Origin: a virus
Taxonomy: Duplodnaviria; Heunggongvirae; Uroviricota; Caudoviricetes
IMG/VR virus record: IMGVR_UViG_2548876702_000015
Span: 1 to 26,172 of that record
Strand: one strand, 5' to 3'
Length of the DNA: 26,172 nucleotides
A program made the translations under genes and the position numbers. Below are positions 25,120 through 26,172 of this stretch, in pieces (position 1 is the stretch's first letter; every line of letters starts with the position of its first letter). The notes beneath the pieces were generated by a model. That model made no database searches. It was not told where the DNA came from and was given only the letters and a program-made list of their open reading frames with translations.

Positions 25120-26172
25120 ATGGCAGTACGAAAACTCACCACAGGGAAATGGCTTTGCGAATGTTACCCCGCCGGACGTAGTGGACGTCGTGTGCGTAAA
25201 CAATTCGCCACCAAAGGCGAAGCTCTGGCTTTTGAGCGCCACACGATGGAAGAAACCGAAGCAAAGCCCTGGCTGGGTGAATCAGTGGATCGTCGAACAC
25301 TGAAAGACGTAGTTGAGCTATGGTTCAAACTACATGGTAAATCTCTGACAGCTGGGCAGCATGTCTATGACAAATTGCTGTTGATGGTTGACGCTCTGGG
25401 TAATCCTCTTGCAACCGATCTCACCTCTAAAATGTTTGCCCACTATCGAGATAAACGCCTGACAGGCGAGATCTACTTCAGCGAGAAATGGAAGAAAGGA
25501 GCAAGCCCGGTCACCATTAACCTGGAGCAAAGCTATCTAAGTAGTGTTTTTAGCGAACTATCCCGTCTGGGCGAATGGTCGTATCCGAACCCACTGGAGA
25601 ACATGCGAAAATTCACCATCGCAGAAAAAGAGATGGCATGGCTTACCCATGAGCAGATTGTTGAATTGCTGGCTGATTGCAAACGTCAGGACCCAATTCT
25701 GGCACTGGTAGTTAAGATATGCTTAAGCACAGGCGCACGCTGGCGTGAAGCCGTAAATCTTACCCGCTCCCAGGTGACCAAATACCGAATTACCTTTGTC
25801 AGAACGAAGGGGAAGAAAAACAGAAGCATCCCTATCAGTAAAGAGCTTTACGAAGAGATCATGGCGCTTGATGGGTTCAATTTCTTTACAGACTACTATT
25901 TTCAATTTTTATCCGTGATGGAAAAAACGTCTATCGTGCTCCCTCGCGGTCAACTCACACACGTTCTGCGCCATACGTTTGCGGCGCACTTCATGATGTC
26001 GGGTGGAAACATTCTCGCCTTACAAAAAATTCTCGGACACCACGATATAAAAATGACTATGCGTTACGCACATCTGGCACCAGATCATCTGGAAACGGCG
26101 CTCCGTTTCAATCCTCTGGCAACGCTGCCAAGTGGCGACAAAGTGGCGGCAGCGGTTGGCATTACCCCGTAA
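25120..26172 (+). CDS. int: Tyrosine integrase (P2/186 Int family)
   Basis: ATG at 25120 with a GGAGG SD; 350 aa starting MAVRKLTTGKW.., paralleling P2 Int (MAIKKLDDGRYEV..). Catalytic-region motifs ..LSTGARWREA.. and ..HVLRHTFA..MTMRYAHL. Stop is at the window edge. Confidence 0.85.
   Translation: MAVRKLTTGKWLCECYPAGRSGRRVRKQFATKGEALAFERHTMEETEAKPWLGESVDRRTLKDVVELWFKLHGKSLTAGQHVYDKLLLMVDALGNPLATDLTSKMFAHYRDKRLTGEIYFSEKWKKGASPVTINLEQSYLSSVFSELSRLGEWSYPNPLENMRKFTIAEKEMAWLTHEQIVELLADCKRQDPILALVVKICLSTGARWREAVNLTRSQVTKYRITFVRTKGKKNRSIPISKELYEEIMALDGFNFFTDYYFQFLSVMEKTSIVLPRGQLTHVLRHTFAAHFMMSGGNILALQKILGHHDIKMTMRYAHLAPDHLETALRFNPLATLPSGDKVAAAVGITP

Larger units (their letters stand above)
1..26172. 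mobile_element. P2/186-family temperate myovirus prophage segment (tail fibre through integrase); both prophage ends lie outside the window
   Basis: Colinear P2-type order H-I-J-W-V-S-R-lysis-X-L-M-N-O with divergent P-Q, replication gene A, 186-type CI/Apl/CII switch and a tyrosine integrase, all recognised from ORF translations. No att site is visible in the window. Confidence 0.9.

Noticed and set aside
1-26172. Scan for CRISPR arrays, rRNA or tRNA genes
   Set aside because: No regularly spaced direct repeats, no rRNA-like conserved stretches and no cloverleaf-like tRNA candidates were seen. The window ends at the integrase stop, so any att-associated tRNA would lie outside.

Overview
The window is almost entirely one P2/186-family temperate myovirus prophage, read mostly on the minus strand; no rRNA, tRNA or CRISPR array was seen. 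In coordinate order: tail-fibre module (5'-partial lambda-Tfa-like chaperone G' on +, convergent with G and tail fibre H on -), baseplate I-J-W-V, tail completion S-R, lysis cassette (nested spanins LysB/LysC, LysA, SAR-type endolysin, small holin), head genes X-L-M-N-O, then divergent terminase P and portal Q on +. After Q comes an AT-rich cos-proximal accessory island (about 13.6-17.9 kb) holding a DUF262/DUF1524 GmrSD-like nuclease, an unrecognised tightly coupled three-gene operon (304-aa soluble protein plus two small membrane proteins) and a LexA-box-controlled small-protein/DinI-like operon. The early operon follows (replication initiator A, a ~273-aa unknown, Dam methylase, TraR/DksA zinc finger, small ORFs), then a 186-type CII/Apl/CI switch, a small secreted Cys-rich moron and the tyrosine integrase at the right edge. 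The most notable candidates are the three-gene operon as a possible undescribed defence/exclusion module, and a hix/gix-like 26-bp site inside H that suggests an invertible host-range segment. All assignments are from reading the translations and DNA by eye; no database search was run, and family names rest on recalled motifs and gene order.
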